Assembly (NCBI GenBank): GCA_002633005.1
Contig: NMRA01000353.1
Coordinates: 133,625 to 197,624, forward strand
From: Phoronis australis
Lineage: Eukaryota > Animalia > Phoronida
Direction of reading: 5' to 3'
Length of the DNA: 64,000 nucleotides
Positions 1-12,544 of this stretch are shown piece by piece (position 1 is the stretch's first letter; every line of letters begins with the position of its first letter). A model generated the notes under the pieces. That model was not told the origin of the DNA and did not search any database. It was given only the letters and a program-made list of their open reading frames with translations. The position numbers were made by a program, and so were the translations under genes.

Positions 1-1079
1 CCAAAACGTCAACGATAATAGTTGTCAGAATAAATATTGATTAAGTAATTAGTAAGAATAGATCCATTTTAAGTAGACTAAAATTTGTGCATATGTACTT
101 TTAAATCATGGGATCAGACTTGTTGAGATTCTAGAAAATTCTGGGAACAAACTGTAACAGCCAATTATATGATTGGATATGATCATGTGTTTTTTATTAA
201 CCAATCACTAAATAAGTAGAATATTATAATATGAGCTTAAGTCAACAAGATATTCAGATGAGATATAGTAGTTGAAGCATAAAGACTTGCTACAGTGGAG
301 TCCAGAGGAAATTGTACAGCAGAGCCATCTCGTGGAAGATTCTAGAAAGGATTTTGGCAAGGGCAAAGGTTAACGAACAGGAAGTTAACTAAGAGCTTGT
401 CACTTGCATCGTGGGTAGTAAGATACTACCTGAAGTGTTGTGTCACCAGCCAGAGACTGTGACCAGCAAGAAGAATCGCAGTTAGAAGAAAATGCCTGCA
501 AGTGTTGCATCACCATAGACGGTGACCAGCAAGTACACTGTCGCTATACAGTGTGTGTAGTTCGAAGATTCACCAACAGGACAGTCATCCAACAAGTGGA
601 GAGTCCTAGCTTGCATAGCAGATAAGACATTTGATTATTTTGGTTGATTGATTGAAGTAATCTTTAAAGAGGGCGCTATAGCATAGTTACTCTTCTTTGT
701 AGTTGATTACTTAATTAACAACAGGTTTCACTTGTCTAATAAGGGGTTATCACATAAATTAATTACTGGATTTAACTATTCACTCTCCATCTACGCACAA
801 TCTCAAAGCATAGCTACCTTTTAAACAAACCCACCGTCAATCATCTGACAATAGCGAAAAAAAAGGATTTGTGTTCAGATTTTTACGAGGAATTAATTCT
901 TAATCTTTTAGTTTTACATGTCGATGAAAAGGTTGAAAATGTAAACGCGCAAGTCATATTTCTTCAGGCAGCTCCTATCATCAAACCATCGGCTTCAGGG
1001 GCAATAAAATGGTTTTCCGTTGAGCCCAGACCGTCCAGAGTTGCCCATTTACCAACTCCGGACGGTCTCTCACAATGAT

Positions 1080-1268
1080 TTAGTGTTATGGGAATTAAAG
1101 ACATTAATGGCCTGCTAATGTGTCCCGCTATGCACAAAAGGAATACTTATATCAACGTGACTTGTGATGTTTTAATCAGGGTGAGGCATAATTCGCCAAA
1201 AAGCTTCCGGTGTATGAAGCTCCAGGAGCTGTCTCTACTGGGGCCAGTCGAGACGGTGGCACTGACTA
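1080..1268 (+). mobile_element. Single arm of the palindromic MITE family seen at 4037-4593
   Basis: Similar to about 4415-4593 (gtgaggca.aattcgcc.aaaagcttc.gg.gtatgaagctcc...gaga.ggtgg.cactg.cta). Confidence 0.75.
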
Positions 1269-1405
1269 CTGAGGCTGAGTACAGTAGGCATGCCCTGAAT
1301 GCCGCAGCAACATTTGCTACAGTACTAACTGTTCACCCAATAGGCAATAACTTTGCGAGTGGCTTACACTACAATACTGGAGCTCACATGATTCATCAGA
1401 AGCAC

Positions 1406-1458
1406 TAGGCAATGACCATCGCCACTGTCGGGCCAACAGAGGCGATGGTCATTGCCTA
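1406..1458. mobile_element. 53-bp hairpin micro-element with TAG...CTA ends
   Basis: Perfect 18-bp inverted repeat taggcaatgaccatcgcc; CAGAAGCAC at 1397-1405 and 1472-1480. Confidence 0.65.
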
Positions 1459-1959
1459 CACTACTACAGTACAGAAGCACAGAACTTTGTTTTTAGTGTC
1501 TGATCAGAATTATGGTTTAAAATCTATAAGGTACTTACACAAACGGTTCACTTCGCACGACGCTGCAAATGAAACCTAACGTAATTTCCGAATACCACTG
1601 AGGACTAAGAATTGCTTTGGAAATGTTAAGTTCGTTGAACAAATAAACAGCATCAAGATGCGAATGAACTCAACTTCCTGGAAAACTCTCAAAACTCTCA
1701 AATGAGGGCGCTGTGACGGAAGTCATCGTGAAGAGCAACAAAAGGGGGCAGTTCGATGCTTCTGTATGGTGTGGCATGCTGCGCCGACGGGGTTCACATT
1801 GCTTTGTTATTCAATAGGCTACTTTTTTGAATGCCGGGAATGAGCTACAATGAGACGTTCAGAATCAGGATCGAAATCAGGTTGGTGAATTATGAAGTCG
1901 AAGTTACAGCGACCAGGTTGGTCAATACGCCTATCCCTGTCCTGCATTCCTGGCTATGC

Positions 1960-2039
1960 ATAGCCTGCCAGCTAGCTGTATGAAGACTGTCGTCAAAATA
2001 CAGCTAGTTCCCACTGTGTGTATTTCTTCCGTAGACCCC
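1960..2039 (+). repeat. Dispersed repeat, copy 1 (copy 2 at about 3493-3702, interrupted)
   Basis: cagctagctgtatgaagactgtcgtcaaaatacagctag..ccactgtgtgtatttcttccgtagacccc present at both sites. Confidence 0.85.
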
Positions 2040-3508
2040 GATATTGCACACAGCCAGGGTATTTCTGCTCGTCACTGCGTCGTGAAACTTGTATCAACAT
2101 GTAAAGCTAAAGCCCGGACAGGGTGCATGCAAAATCTGGGAATCAACTGACAGAAAAGACACTCAACTTGCCCGTTGGCGTTACAGCCATTTAAGTGAAA
2201 AACAATGCAATAAATGTCTTTTTCTTGCGAAACTCTCCACCTTTTCTAACAATGAAAACTATGTCGTCGTTTTGAAAACAATATGCTCGTGTCACGCACA
2301 TGCGTCATTTCCCAAATTTTTGCGACATCTCTCAGGAGATGATGATATCTTGGCAGCAGCAAAATTTCTTCTGAACTTCTGTTTTTCGGTATCAAAGTTC
2401 TAAAAACTTATAATGAAGTGAACCCATTTCCGGTAATTTGTTTTGACGTGTACGCAACCACGTGAAAGAAGAACAGTTGAAGAATCAGCAAAAAAAAGAA
2501 ACTGGCCAATATTTCATGGCACCGAAAGCCCTCGCTAAAGATCGCCCCACAACTTTAACAGCAGAATAACGGTAGAACGCCATTTTTCCCAACACAGTTA
2601 AATAACTTAGTTTACTCAAGGAAGACTGTAGTTTTTAGTGACACCAATTTCGTGTCAGATTTTATCTTACCACTTTTTTTATCCACATCAGTGCAAAGCT
2701 GTACATTTATGTACATATATGTACAGCTTTGTACCAAGGCTAGGCTATGCATAGCCAGGCAATTACATCGTCCTGCCACTGGCTGGATGCCGCAGGCATA
2801 CAGGGGCGGTAGTACATCCCCACAAAAAGTTACTCATTTCAAAATACAGGAAATATAATCAAATGATACATGCATATATGCATATGGAGATGTAAACAAC
2901 TCGTACCATCAGTCTGGAGACGATTCAGTCAAGATAATTTGAACAAATCGATGAAAATCTGTTGCAGTTTGCTCAAGTTTCTCTTACTGAGTGCCATTTT
3001 GAGGAAGTTACGTGAAATCACGCATATTGACGAATAAAAAGTCCAAGGGACACAAATGTTACAAATTTCACCTGATACCTTCTCATGCTAGTTTGCAAGT
3101 GTCGCGCTAGCGTCACGCGCTTTGCTCAGTCTTGCGCTAGCCTTTGCCTCACTCATGTGACTCAGTTGACATACTTTGTGGTTATCGCGTGGTGAAAAAG
3201 TTAACGACAACCAAAAAAATGGAGTTGGAATTCTTCGCCAAAGTCTCCTTAATTCTCACAACTAAACTTCATTGAAGATGTGTATAGAAGTAGAAAGGAC
3301 CAATGAAGAAAGTAAGCACTTTTTAAGTGATAATTTTAAGTGTGGAATATATTTTTGACGAGGTGAAAACTCAAAATCGGTGGCCGGATTTGTCCTACTG
3401 CCCATTTAAAATACATAGAACGAAATGCGTACAGAAAGCTATGGGAAGTATTGTAGCTCCTAACCGTCCAACCGAGGGGCTACGTGTTGCCTATAGCCAG
3501 CCAGCTAG

Positions 3509-3631
3509 GGCATAAGTCGGATAGAATGGACCCTGATTTAGAGAACCAGGCAATCGCTAAATAACGGCCCCGTTATTTAGTGGATGAAACTGGATCTCTA
3601 AATCAGGGTCCATTATGTGCGACTAGTGCAG
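3509..3631. mobile_element. 123-bp palindromic insertion with a CAGCTAG target duplication
   Basis: Perfect 20-bp IR aatggaccctgatttagaga; empty site visible in the paralogous repeat near 1969. Confidence 0.8.
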
Positions 3632-4036
3632 CAGCTAGCTGTATGAAGACTGTCGTCAAAATACAGCTAGGTACCACTGTGTGTATTTCTTCCGTAGACC
3701 CCGTACCATCCTTGACCTCGAACTGTGAAAATACGAAGTACGCACGGGGTTTTTGGGATCATATTTGTGCTTTGACCGTGAATTTGTTGCAAACTCGCTG
3801 GAGCAGGACACCGTGAATGCTATTAGAAGAAAGAACAATTTGTTAATTGTTTGTTGAAATCCTGTTTTGTGTAAAATTTATTGAGTTTTGTGTTTGATAT
3901 GGACGGTTGGAGTGAAGCACCCATAGAATTCTTTGTTGAGAGGCGACAGTGTCATACCTTGTAGTATTATATGTAGTGTATTGGGGACGATCAAAAGCTG
4001 AGGACGCTTGTGTGCATAGTGAGGTGGCAGCAGGGC

Positions 4037-4593
4037 TACTGACCACCGTCTCTAGCTGGCTCAGAGACGGTGAAGCTCCTATAGGAAGCTTTTCGGCGAT
4101 TTATGCCTCAGACTGATTAAAAAAATCAAAGTCACGTTGTTATAAGTACTTTTTGCGCATAGAGGCACACCTTAGGAGGATGTCTATGTATTTAATTCCT
4201 TCAAACTTGTATGAACAAATATTCCTGTTATCAAACTTTTTCTTCGAGCTGTCCTTCGTTCAATTCCCAAAATCGGAAACTGGTAATTTTTAAAACTGCG
4301 CGCAGTAGGTGGTATGACGTCATATCATTTGGCTGGCCAGTGTAAAAATGGCCAGTTATCGATTTTGGGAACAGAACGAGGGACTGCTTCTGGTGAAGAA
4401 AAAGTTTGTTCGAGTTGGAAGGAAATAAAGACACCCCGAGGTGTTCCTCTATGCGCAAAAGATATTTATAACAACATGACTTTGATGTTTAGTCGGTGTG
4501 AGGCACAATTCGCCGAAAAGCTTCGGGCGTATGAAGCTCCTATAGGAGCTACACTGTCTCTACTGGCTAGCTAGAGATGGTGGTCACTGTCTA
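4037..4593. mobile_element. Palindromic non-autonomous DNA transposon with a 9-bp TSD (AcademH- or MULE-like)
   Basis: Imperfect arms of about 270 bp centred on TATGACGTCATA; CAGCAGGGC at 4028-4036 and 4594-4602; right end ...CACTGTCTA. Confidence 0.8.
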
Positions 4594-4635
4594 CAGCAGG
4601 GCCATCCCGGATTACACAACGACACTCGAACCTCG

Positions 4636-4985
4636 CTCTATTTACCCACAATGACGTAAACATTTGTTAGGCACATTTGTCGTCTCGTTTTCGTGCCACT
4701 GGAGTTTCACATGTTATTTGTTGTTGTCTGATTCTTTGCAAGTTTTTTCGGCTGCATTACTCTATTCGTCCTTCCTATTCCAACGAAATATTACTGCTGT
4801 GCTGTGGGCTGAAACGCCCACGTAAGAAATTTTGATAAACTGAACAAATACCCATGGATTCGTGATGTGAAATTCTTCGCCTTCCCAACATAAGTGAGAG
4901 ACACGAAAACGTGCCTGATTTCCAAAAGGAGGTCACGCGCTTTCTTATCTCCGGGACAAAGTAGAGATCTATCGCCGTGTAGGCC
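4636..4985 (+). pseudogene. Decayed THAP-like zinc-finger N-terminus, transposon-derived (copy 1)
   Basis: KYYCCAVG*N...KYPWIRDVKFFAFPT* with in-frame stops; paralogous to 11430-11735. Confidence 0.6.
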
Positions 4986-6529
4986 TAGTCTGGGACGGCC
5001 TTAGTACATTGCCTGGTATGCAACATCTAGGCGTAGCTACTTGGCTGACTATTTAGGGGCTACATAGCCTTGGTGCAAAACTGTACTAAATATACAGTTT
5101 TTCGTCGATGTGGGTAAAAAACTGGCTAAATAAAATCTGACACAAAGTTAGTGTCATTAAAAACTACACTCTTCCTTGAGTAAACTAAGTTATTTTCCAG
5201 TACTAGTCAGTTCCGCTGTTAGCGGCGGCGAGCGGTCCTGGCAGACAATAGTGTCTTGGAAAGATGCGTCGCGAAAGACAGCATACGTGAAATGAAAATC
5301 CAATTAATTGCCAAATGACGGACACGCCTTTACTTTCGGCAGAGTAGTTTTGATTCGCCAAGAAATTCTCAAGCCCTTCACTTGTTTCCGGGGCTATGTG
5401 CGCGACATGTGAGTCATCCGTCTCTCACATGTTTTTACCAAGGTTAAGTGTAGGCCTATTCCAGTGATTCAAGTGAGTGAAGTCACGCGTACGCACCACT
5501 CCAAAGCTGCACATCAGCAGAGAACAGCAACTAAATTCTAAATGAAAGAGTATACCTGCCTAGATCTGTTAAGCGCTCGTGTGCCAACGGTTTATTTGAC
5601 AGTGAGCTTAGACTCCTGGCAGTTATAGAAGATCCGATGCTTTACGATATTCCCCAGGACCGATGTAGCCCAGAACTGATATTTTCCTGTTTCAATGTTT
5701 CCCCGGGTCGATGTTCCCTAGACCCAGTGTTCTATGGCTTGTAGCTAGCTTTTGCAACTAAACGGGTAGATGCAAAATTTTGGTAAGCGAACTTTTTATT
5801 CTTCTTGTACATACCCGGATCACGCCGTAAAATTTTCAGACTCGAATACAAAGCATATTTTTCCAGCTGAAGGTGGCAATTAAAAAGAAAATTATTGCGG
5901 GTGGTTAAAAAGGGAACAGTGTAGGTGGTAACAATAGCCACTAAGTCACCCCTACTAAATGGAGTTTGGCTTCGCAAAATTGTTTTATAATAACATTTCT
6001 TACTATTGTAGTCTTTCAATTTCTTATTACCGCAAACATTCAGGTTAATGACCATGCTCACGCATGCGCCTACTCCCTATGAAGTGTTTCATAATAAGCG
6101 CTCACTGCTCTACTAAGCATCCACCCTCAACTTTTGAGAATTTCCAATTTAGCGCCCATAGTTCAGGCTAGCCCCCTACATAGTGCATTAAAAACGGCTG
6201 TGCGCGGTTTGAAATTGGCACACAGCTTATATAATGAGTCACATTATCATTCTAAACAACAAATTCACTTCATGAAAAACGTCTTTTCTCAATATTTAAA
6301 AACCAAACCCTGGCTTTTGTTTTATACCTCTGAAAAAAAGTTGACACTAGTGACATGCATGCTGGGGTCATGTGTTGTTATGTGGGTGACCTGTTTTCCC
6401 CGTACATGGAAGGTATTGAGTGGTAGGGGAGCAAACTCAAATTACCGGATATTGGAAACCCGCACCGAGTTGGAAATCATTGCGAGGCTTTTCATTTCAT
6501 GAAAAACTAGTTGTTGAATTGAACCTTGT

Positions 6530-6600
6530 TGAATACGTAAGCAACCAGTGAATTGGTTCCGCATATCATTACGTCATTCGGCGAGTAGGGCAACGTTTCA
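6530..6600 (+). promoter_or_regulatory. Candidate promoter: ATTGG (reverse CCAAT) and TTACGTCA (CRE/ATF-like) motifs
   Basis: Motifs near 6552 and 6569 in a CpG-richer patch upstream of the candidate first exon. Inference only. Confidence 0.25.
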
Positions 6601-6888
6601 CGGATTTCTTTCGACAGGATGTTTTTTTAAACGTCAAGTTAAGTTGCGAAGTTTGGCCTGAGAACAAATGAAGGGAATTTGGACTCAGAGTTATCTATCT
6701 TTGTATCTTTAACGACTTTGGCGAGAATCATACAGCTGGTCAATTCTATAAAAGTCGTGGATACTTTTTCAACGAGTATTTTCTCTTTTTTCACGTTACA
6801 CTCTTAGCTAATCGAATGCACGTGTCGTTTAGAGAGCACTGATTCAGCTTTCACGCCGGCAACTAGCCTTGCGCTCTAGAGCCTTTCA

Positions 6889-6964
6889 ATGGGGGTAGTG
6901 AAGAACGGCAACGCCGTGCATGCATGCTATGCATGCGAGAACTCAATTTTGGGACCTGAAATTT
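6889..6964 (+). CDS. ATP13A3: Candidate upstream first coding exon (MGVVKNGNAVHACYACENSILGPEI)
   Basis: ATG at 6889, open to a GTGAGT donor at 6965 (phase 1). Joins in frame to the acceptor at 14947. No homology support. Confidence 0.35.
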
Positions 6965-9900
6965 GTGAGTATTTAACGTCGCAAGAGCATAATTTAAGCA
7001 TTTTCTGATGAACTAAAAATCAGGTTTGTGGCGTAAAAATGTCGGGAAAATTTTGCGACCTAGAATTTATGAATGCGAACTGGATTTTGAAAATAAGACC
7101 TGAGATTTTGGCTACGTCGCAAAGTACGACCTGGTGATTTTCATAGCGTCGAGCCCTGTAACTAAATACTAAGAATCTATCCAGAGTTAGTTGATTTACT
7201 TAATCTATTCAAAGAGAAAAATAAAAAGTACAGCATCCATGTGCATATCTGTCATTCTTTGAAAATAGGCACAAATTAAAATATAGAGGTACGTACACTA
7301 CACAAATGCTAGCATTTCACTCAAAACAAAATGCATTTGTAATAAACACCTTTTTAATCAAGAAAGGAAACTGTCTGTGACCAATGTTGCTCACTTACCT
7401 GGTAATATTTTAATTTCATGGTGTTTGTAAATATGGGGGTCCATACACTACATCACTGTTTCTGAATCACTTGGTAACATAATGTTGTATGGCCATTTAT
7501 TTTTCTTTGATGATAATAAGCACCATGTTGTTATTTAATGACAACAATACGGAACAGTTTGTTACTTCTTTATGATCCTTATCATGTCAAGGTGAATGAC
7601 CTCATGACGGCCAGTGGTATAATTACATAAGAAAATTCTGCTCCCATAGATATATGACTGCAACATATGCAAGCAGTCTGTGGCACAGCCTTGAGAAAGA
7701 GCACATCGCTTGATATTTTAATACACTTAAGTAGTACTGTACCGGCGCTCGTCATTTTAGTTTTACTAGATTTACTGTTTTATATGCAAGAAACTGTTTG
7801 GTTTAAGACTATATTAACTCAGAATAAACATCTATTTGGGTGCAGCAATACAATAGTGACCACTTGGTTACTCTAAAATGTTTTCTCCCGTCCTCAGTTA
7901 TTAGAAACAGATAAAACAAAATAAGGAAGGTGCACCGATTTTGAATCTGGCTGAGACTGTTGCTGTCATTGATTTTGTACTAAAGTTACCTTCATTCTGC
8001 ACATGACACTTGTGTGAGGAAGGATTGTAAAACATTCACTGAATCTATACTCCACAGTGTAACAATCTTTACTGACTGCTAGTGGCCTAATTTCAGTGGG
8101 AATTGTCATTTAGTACCAAACTAAATATACACCGGTAGGAAATTTATTCCGTTCAAAACATCATAAGATTATTACTCTGCACGTTATGTGGACTTTGCAC
8201 AACCGGTGTAAAATTTAATGCAGCGACCTAAGTCTGTCAGAACACGGTATAAATATGGCTACTAAAGTAAAATTTTCTTTTCGGTTTGTCAAGAGTTTGC
8301 ATGAATGTGTTCAGTTTCATGCCATAAAGCTTCATTCTTTCTCCAGTATGAATGACATTTGGCATGTGAGTGGGGTAGGGTAATCTATGAATGGGTCCTA
8401 ATTCTTAATTTGTATCGTGGATATGCTGTTGTGTGCAATCTTCATCCTGGTCTCATTTCAAATGGTCAACACATACACTCCAATGTTCTGTGGTTTCATT
8501 CCCTTAAACTGTGGGTATTTACTGCAATGGCTGTCAATTTAATACTCTTGCTTATTTTAATTAACCTCTTTTGGCCAGTGGCACACCAGCTCATGATTTT
8601 ATTCCCCTCTGATATTTACTTTTGTAGCTACAGTACAATTGAGGTGAATCAATCAAGGTTTACTACACTTGCTTATCTCAGTTATCTGAAAAATGTTTCA
8701 ACACCTATTTCAAGGTTCAAGTTGGCAAACTGCAACTCGCCAGTGCAACTTCAGATTTTGTTTGAGTTATTGGCACAGATCCCAAGTAACCACAAAGTCA
8801 TTAGATTTTTGTAAGTTGCAACCGTGTGTGAAGAAGTCAGACATAGTAATTTACCTGTAGTTCTCTCCGAAATCAAACTTTAAAAAGTCAATTACATTCT
8901 CCCAAATTCAATTCTTTGGTTCAGAATTCATCTACTCTGTGCAATCAGTGCATCTGCCACCCTCAGCTCACATCCCAGTACACTCTCAAAGTACAACAGG
9001 AAGTAAACAGACTGGAGGTGGGATTGTTCCGCAAAAACCCACTGGCCTCAGCACCCCCTCCCCCCTGCCCTACCATTACAACATTAACATAAACAAGGTG
9101 TTCTCTTTGTCAGCTTTGCTTTCTCCTGATGTAAGAGCTTACTGAGAAATCTGACGTCGGATGTCATTCTGCACATAGTATTTCATCCCTATATTTCCAT
9201 TCAACGAAGAAAAGAATCAGAAAAAGTGCCCCTGGAATGTTTTTAAATGTTGTGCTGTGACATAATTCCACACGTCCTACTTTTTCAGTTCAAATGCCCT
9301 GTCTTTCTTTGACAACTTTGATGACAACATTGCGTTGTTTTGCACAGGCCAGGATTTTTACACCATCACATGAGGCTTCCTGGTTTTGGCGAGCTTATTT
9401 TCTGTTGGGTTACCTAGGAATTTTTCCAGGTCACATTTCCGTTGATATATGCTAAGCATAGGGCCCTGTGTTTACTTGTGTTATTTTACATCTGATATTC
9501 TAGTATGAATCCAGTGTTTACATATCCCACAAGATGACTTCAGGTGATCACTAATCCTCTTATTTGATCAAATTCAAACTATGAGTCTATATAGTCAGTC
9601 CCTCTGGTTTCTGGTAAATGAGTTGGGCAGATCATGGCAGTTGCATACTGTCCAAGTGTGGTAACTAATCATGGCAATTAGATAAAATCATGTGGTTTTT
9701 GTATTTCAAACACTTATTAGGCTGAAGTTTAAAAAAATGTTTGATGGAATTTGGGAGTGAAGCTTGTAGCAGACTGTAGTAGTAGTTGTAGTGGATCCTT
9801 CTTTGGCATTGTCGGTAGTAATTAGATGACACCTACCTGTATTGTGTCATGGAAGAATGTGACCAGGGCTGAGTTCCGTAGATGACAAGGCATTACTTTG

Positions 9901-11429
9901 CACTCTGGGCGAAATATCTTCAACGGAAAGTGTGAATTCAAGCTCACAAAAACATGCCAACCTCATCGGTGAATCACTTATTAAGTGGGGAGTGGTGTGG
10001 TTTTTTTAGGTGTTGCGAAAACTTTCTTTTCTTGAAAGAAAGAAGGTCTTCAGAAAGCTCTCAGCAAAGTTCATCATGGGTGGTGAGATACTACTGGCTG
10101 GTTTTGCATCAGGAAGAAATGTGACAGCAAATACACTATTACAGTACAGTGGGAGACAATAGTAATTGGTATAAGGGGTATCGATGGACTGTTGTTGGAA
10201 GCGCAGCCGAAGTATGAACAGAAGTGGCCAATAGGATCGTTGTTCAAGGAGAGTCATAGGGCTTGGGACAGTAGATGAGGCATTTGACTGGTGATTAATG
10301 AAAGTGTTTCCTACAGAAGGCACTTGTATACTTGATATCTAACACCGATATTCAATCACAAATTAAATTTTCTGGATTTTTAAGATTGGGACACGGGCTG
10401 TGCTACCCAGCGATCCTATCCCAGCGATCCTGTAAGAGATAGGTGGGTATACTCTTCCACAATTTCGAGTTCAGAGAATTTGTCTCGAGGCCTGTTACCA
10501 ACGCAAAAGTTGCATCAGTGCTCTCTGACAGACAATGGCATTCGAGTAGCTTCATTCTGCCTATTTATGGCGTTACATGTGTTCACTTTTGCGCAGGTTG
10601 TCCTATCACTTACAAAATGGTGCTATCAACCATTTTGAATCTGTGCATCATGAGAGAGTGTCGGGGGAAAGAGGATTAAAACACTATTGTCTGGTACATA
10701 GAGAAAGGTGAACAAAGATTGATATTACTTGAATCATTATTATATTGATGGTGACGTGCCTTCCAAACCATCAATTACCAGGCTGCAGTAAAGCACTGTC
10801 TCTGTTCAGTATTAGTCTCACCTGCTGTGCCCACTGGCTGGCTGTTGTCCTACTGTTTGATTACTTGCTATGCGAAGTACCCTATTGCTACCCTATGTTG
10901 TGAATGGTTTGTTATGTCATGACCTTTAATATGATGTCTCAGTACTCACTGAGGTATCATTTTATTTCTTGCTTTCGATAAATGTAGTATACATTCAATG
11001 TAGTACTGCGGTCTAACACAATTTTTAAAACAATTTTCCTATCGTTTGTTCTTTTAACGATGCCCCTCAGGGAGCTACAACTGCAAAGATGCGATCTACA
11101 TACAAGGACTATTTTTAGACAATACGAGAAATGCAGGAGTTATCTAAAAATCAGTGTCGTATCATTTTTAACAAACTCTGCACCAAATTTCTAATGCTGT
11201 TTTGTATGCCCTGATTTCAAAAATAAAAGTGACTGATTAGTTGATAGTTGCCAAACTTCCAACATGGATCTAAGCCATACCTCAAGGGTTAAAATCTGCT
11301 GCAATACCAAGAAACATTCCTGTGAAATAGAACTGGGAAGTAAAGGAAAAACACAGAATGGAGCTACAGTAGGCATTAAAACAACGCATGATTGTGTAAT
11401 ACACAGCGTATTACAGCGACACTCAAATC

Positions 11430-11741
11430 TCACTGTATTTACCCACAATGCCGTAAACATCCGTCAGGCACATTTGTTGCCTCGTTTTCATGCCACTAGA
11501 GTTTCACGTGTTATGTGTTGTCTGATTCTTTGCAATGCCAGCGAAGTATTACTGCTGTGCTGTTGGCTGTAACACCAACGTGAGAAAGTTTATCAAACTT
11601 TCTCATGTGTGGATCCGTGATGTGAAATTCACCTTCCCGACATCAATGAGAGACACGAAAATGTGCCCGATTTCCAAAACGAAGTCATGCGCTTTCTTAT
11701 CTCTGGGACAAAGGAGAGTTCTATCGCCGTGTAATCCGTGA
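11430..11741 (+). pseudogene. Decayed THAP-like zinc-finger N-terminus, transposon-derived (copy 2)
   Basis: ORF 11535-11741 MPAKYYCCAVGCN...DVKFTFPT; lacks the C-terminal CxxHF half. Confidence 0.6.
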
Positions 11742-12544
11742 CTCCTTATTATCATTGAAATTGTCCAAAAGCGCATCATTCTGATACTGTGTCTGGAAGT
11801 GGTACAAAGGTTTATAAAGTGGGGCAATCTCTCCAAAAGCAGGACTGTTGACTATAATAATGATGAAGATAGTGAGAAAATGGACGACGACGTTGATGAG
11901 AAGGATAATATGAGTGAACTCTAACTATATGATGGTGATCAATGAGAAGCACAAACACAGAATTAGCCCTCGAAAAAATTCCATCCTGTACAAATAGTAA
12001 CCAATAAATAACAGTAGATAATCATAAGGATCAACATTGTTGACAAAATTGATTAGGAAAGGAGGGTTTGTAGAACAAGGTCAATCATTAAGAAAACATT
12101 GAATAATGATCAGTCATTAAAAAAACAGTCTTCAGAAAATCTCAAATAACTTGGGAGTGATAAGGCTGTAGCAGCAAAATAATTGAGGACATAATTATTT
12201 TTTCCATATCATTTTGGGTTTGTGAAATGAGGTGAGTGTGCTAAATCAGTAGAGAATTACCGTCGGTTGTGGTGAGAGACGAATGTCATTTCTTAAATTT
12301 TTTAAGAGATATATGCCATGCCAAGTTTCATTAAGAACTGTCAGAGGATTCAAAGAGATGTAGCCCAGTAAATAAAAAAATAAAAGATTTCTGCCACAGC
12401 CCCACCATTTGTCTAACTTCTAGCATGCAATCATCTCCGTGTAAGATGAAAATGTAGTCAAGTCCCTAACTACTGACTTCCTTATTTGGAAAATTGTGCG
12501 AGTTGCCTCGCTTTGTAGGTGGCATTGCTTTCATAATTAAAGAA

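Larger units (their letters stand above)
2600..5195. mobile_element. Inverted repeat pair (about 2600-2770 and 5010-5195) enclosing a nest of MITEs and a THAP remnant
   Basis: aaataacttagtttactcaaggaaga... is reverse-complemented at the right end; no TSD found. Confidence 0.6.

Noticed and set aside
1-850. Possible solo LTR (CCAAT/TATA-like motifs, ends ...CTGACA)
   Set aside because: Left end is outside the window; no second LTR, PBS or coding sequence to support it
5726-6510. Possible TIR element next to the candidate promoter
   Set aside because: Terminal match too weak and no TSD
8359-8814. 151-aa hydrophobic ORF
   Set aside because: TTG start, no recognisable motif, T-rich intron-like composition
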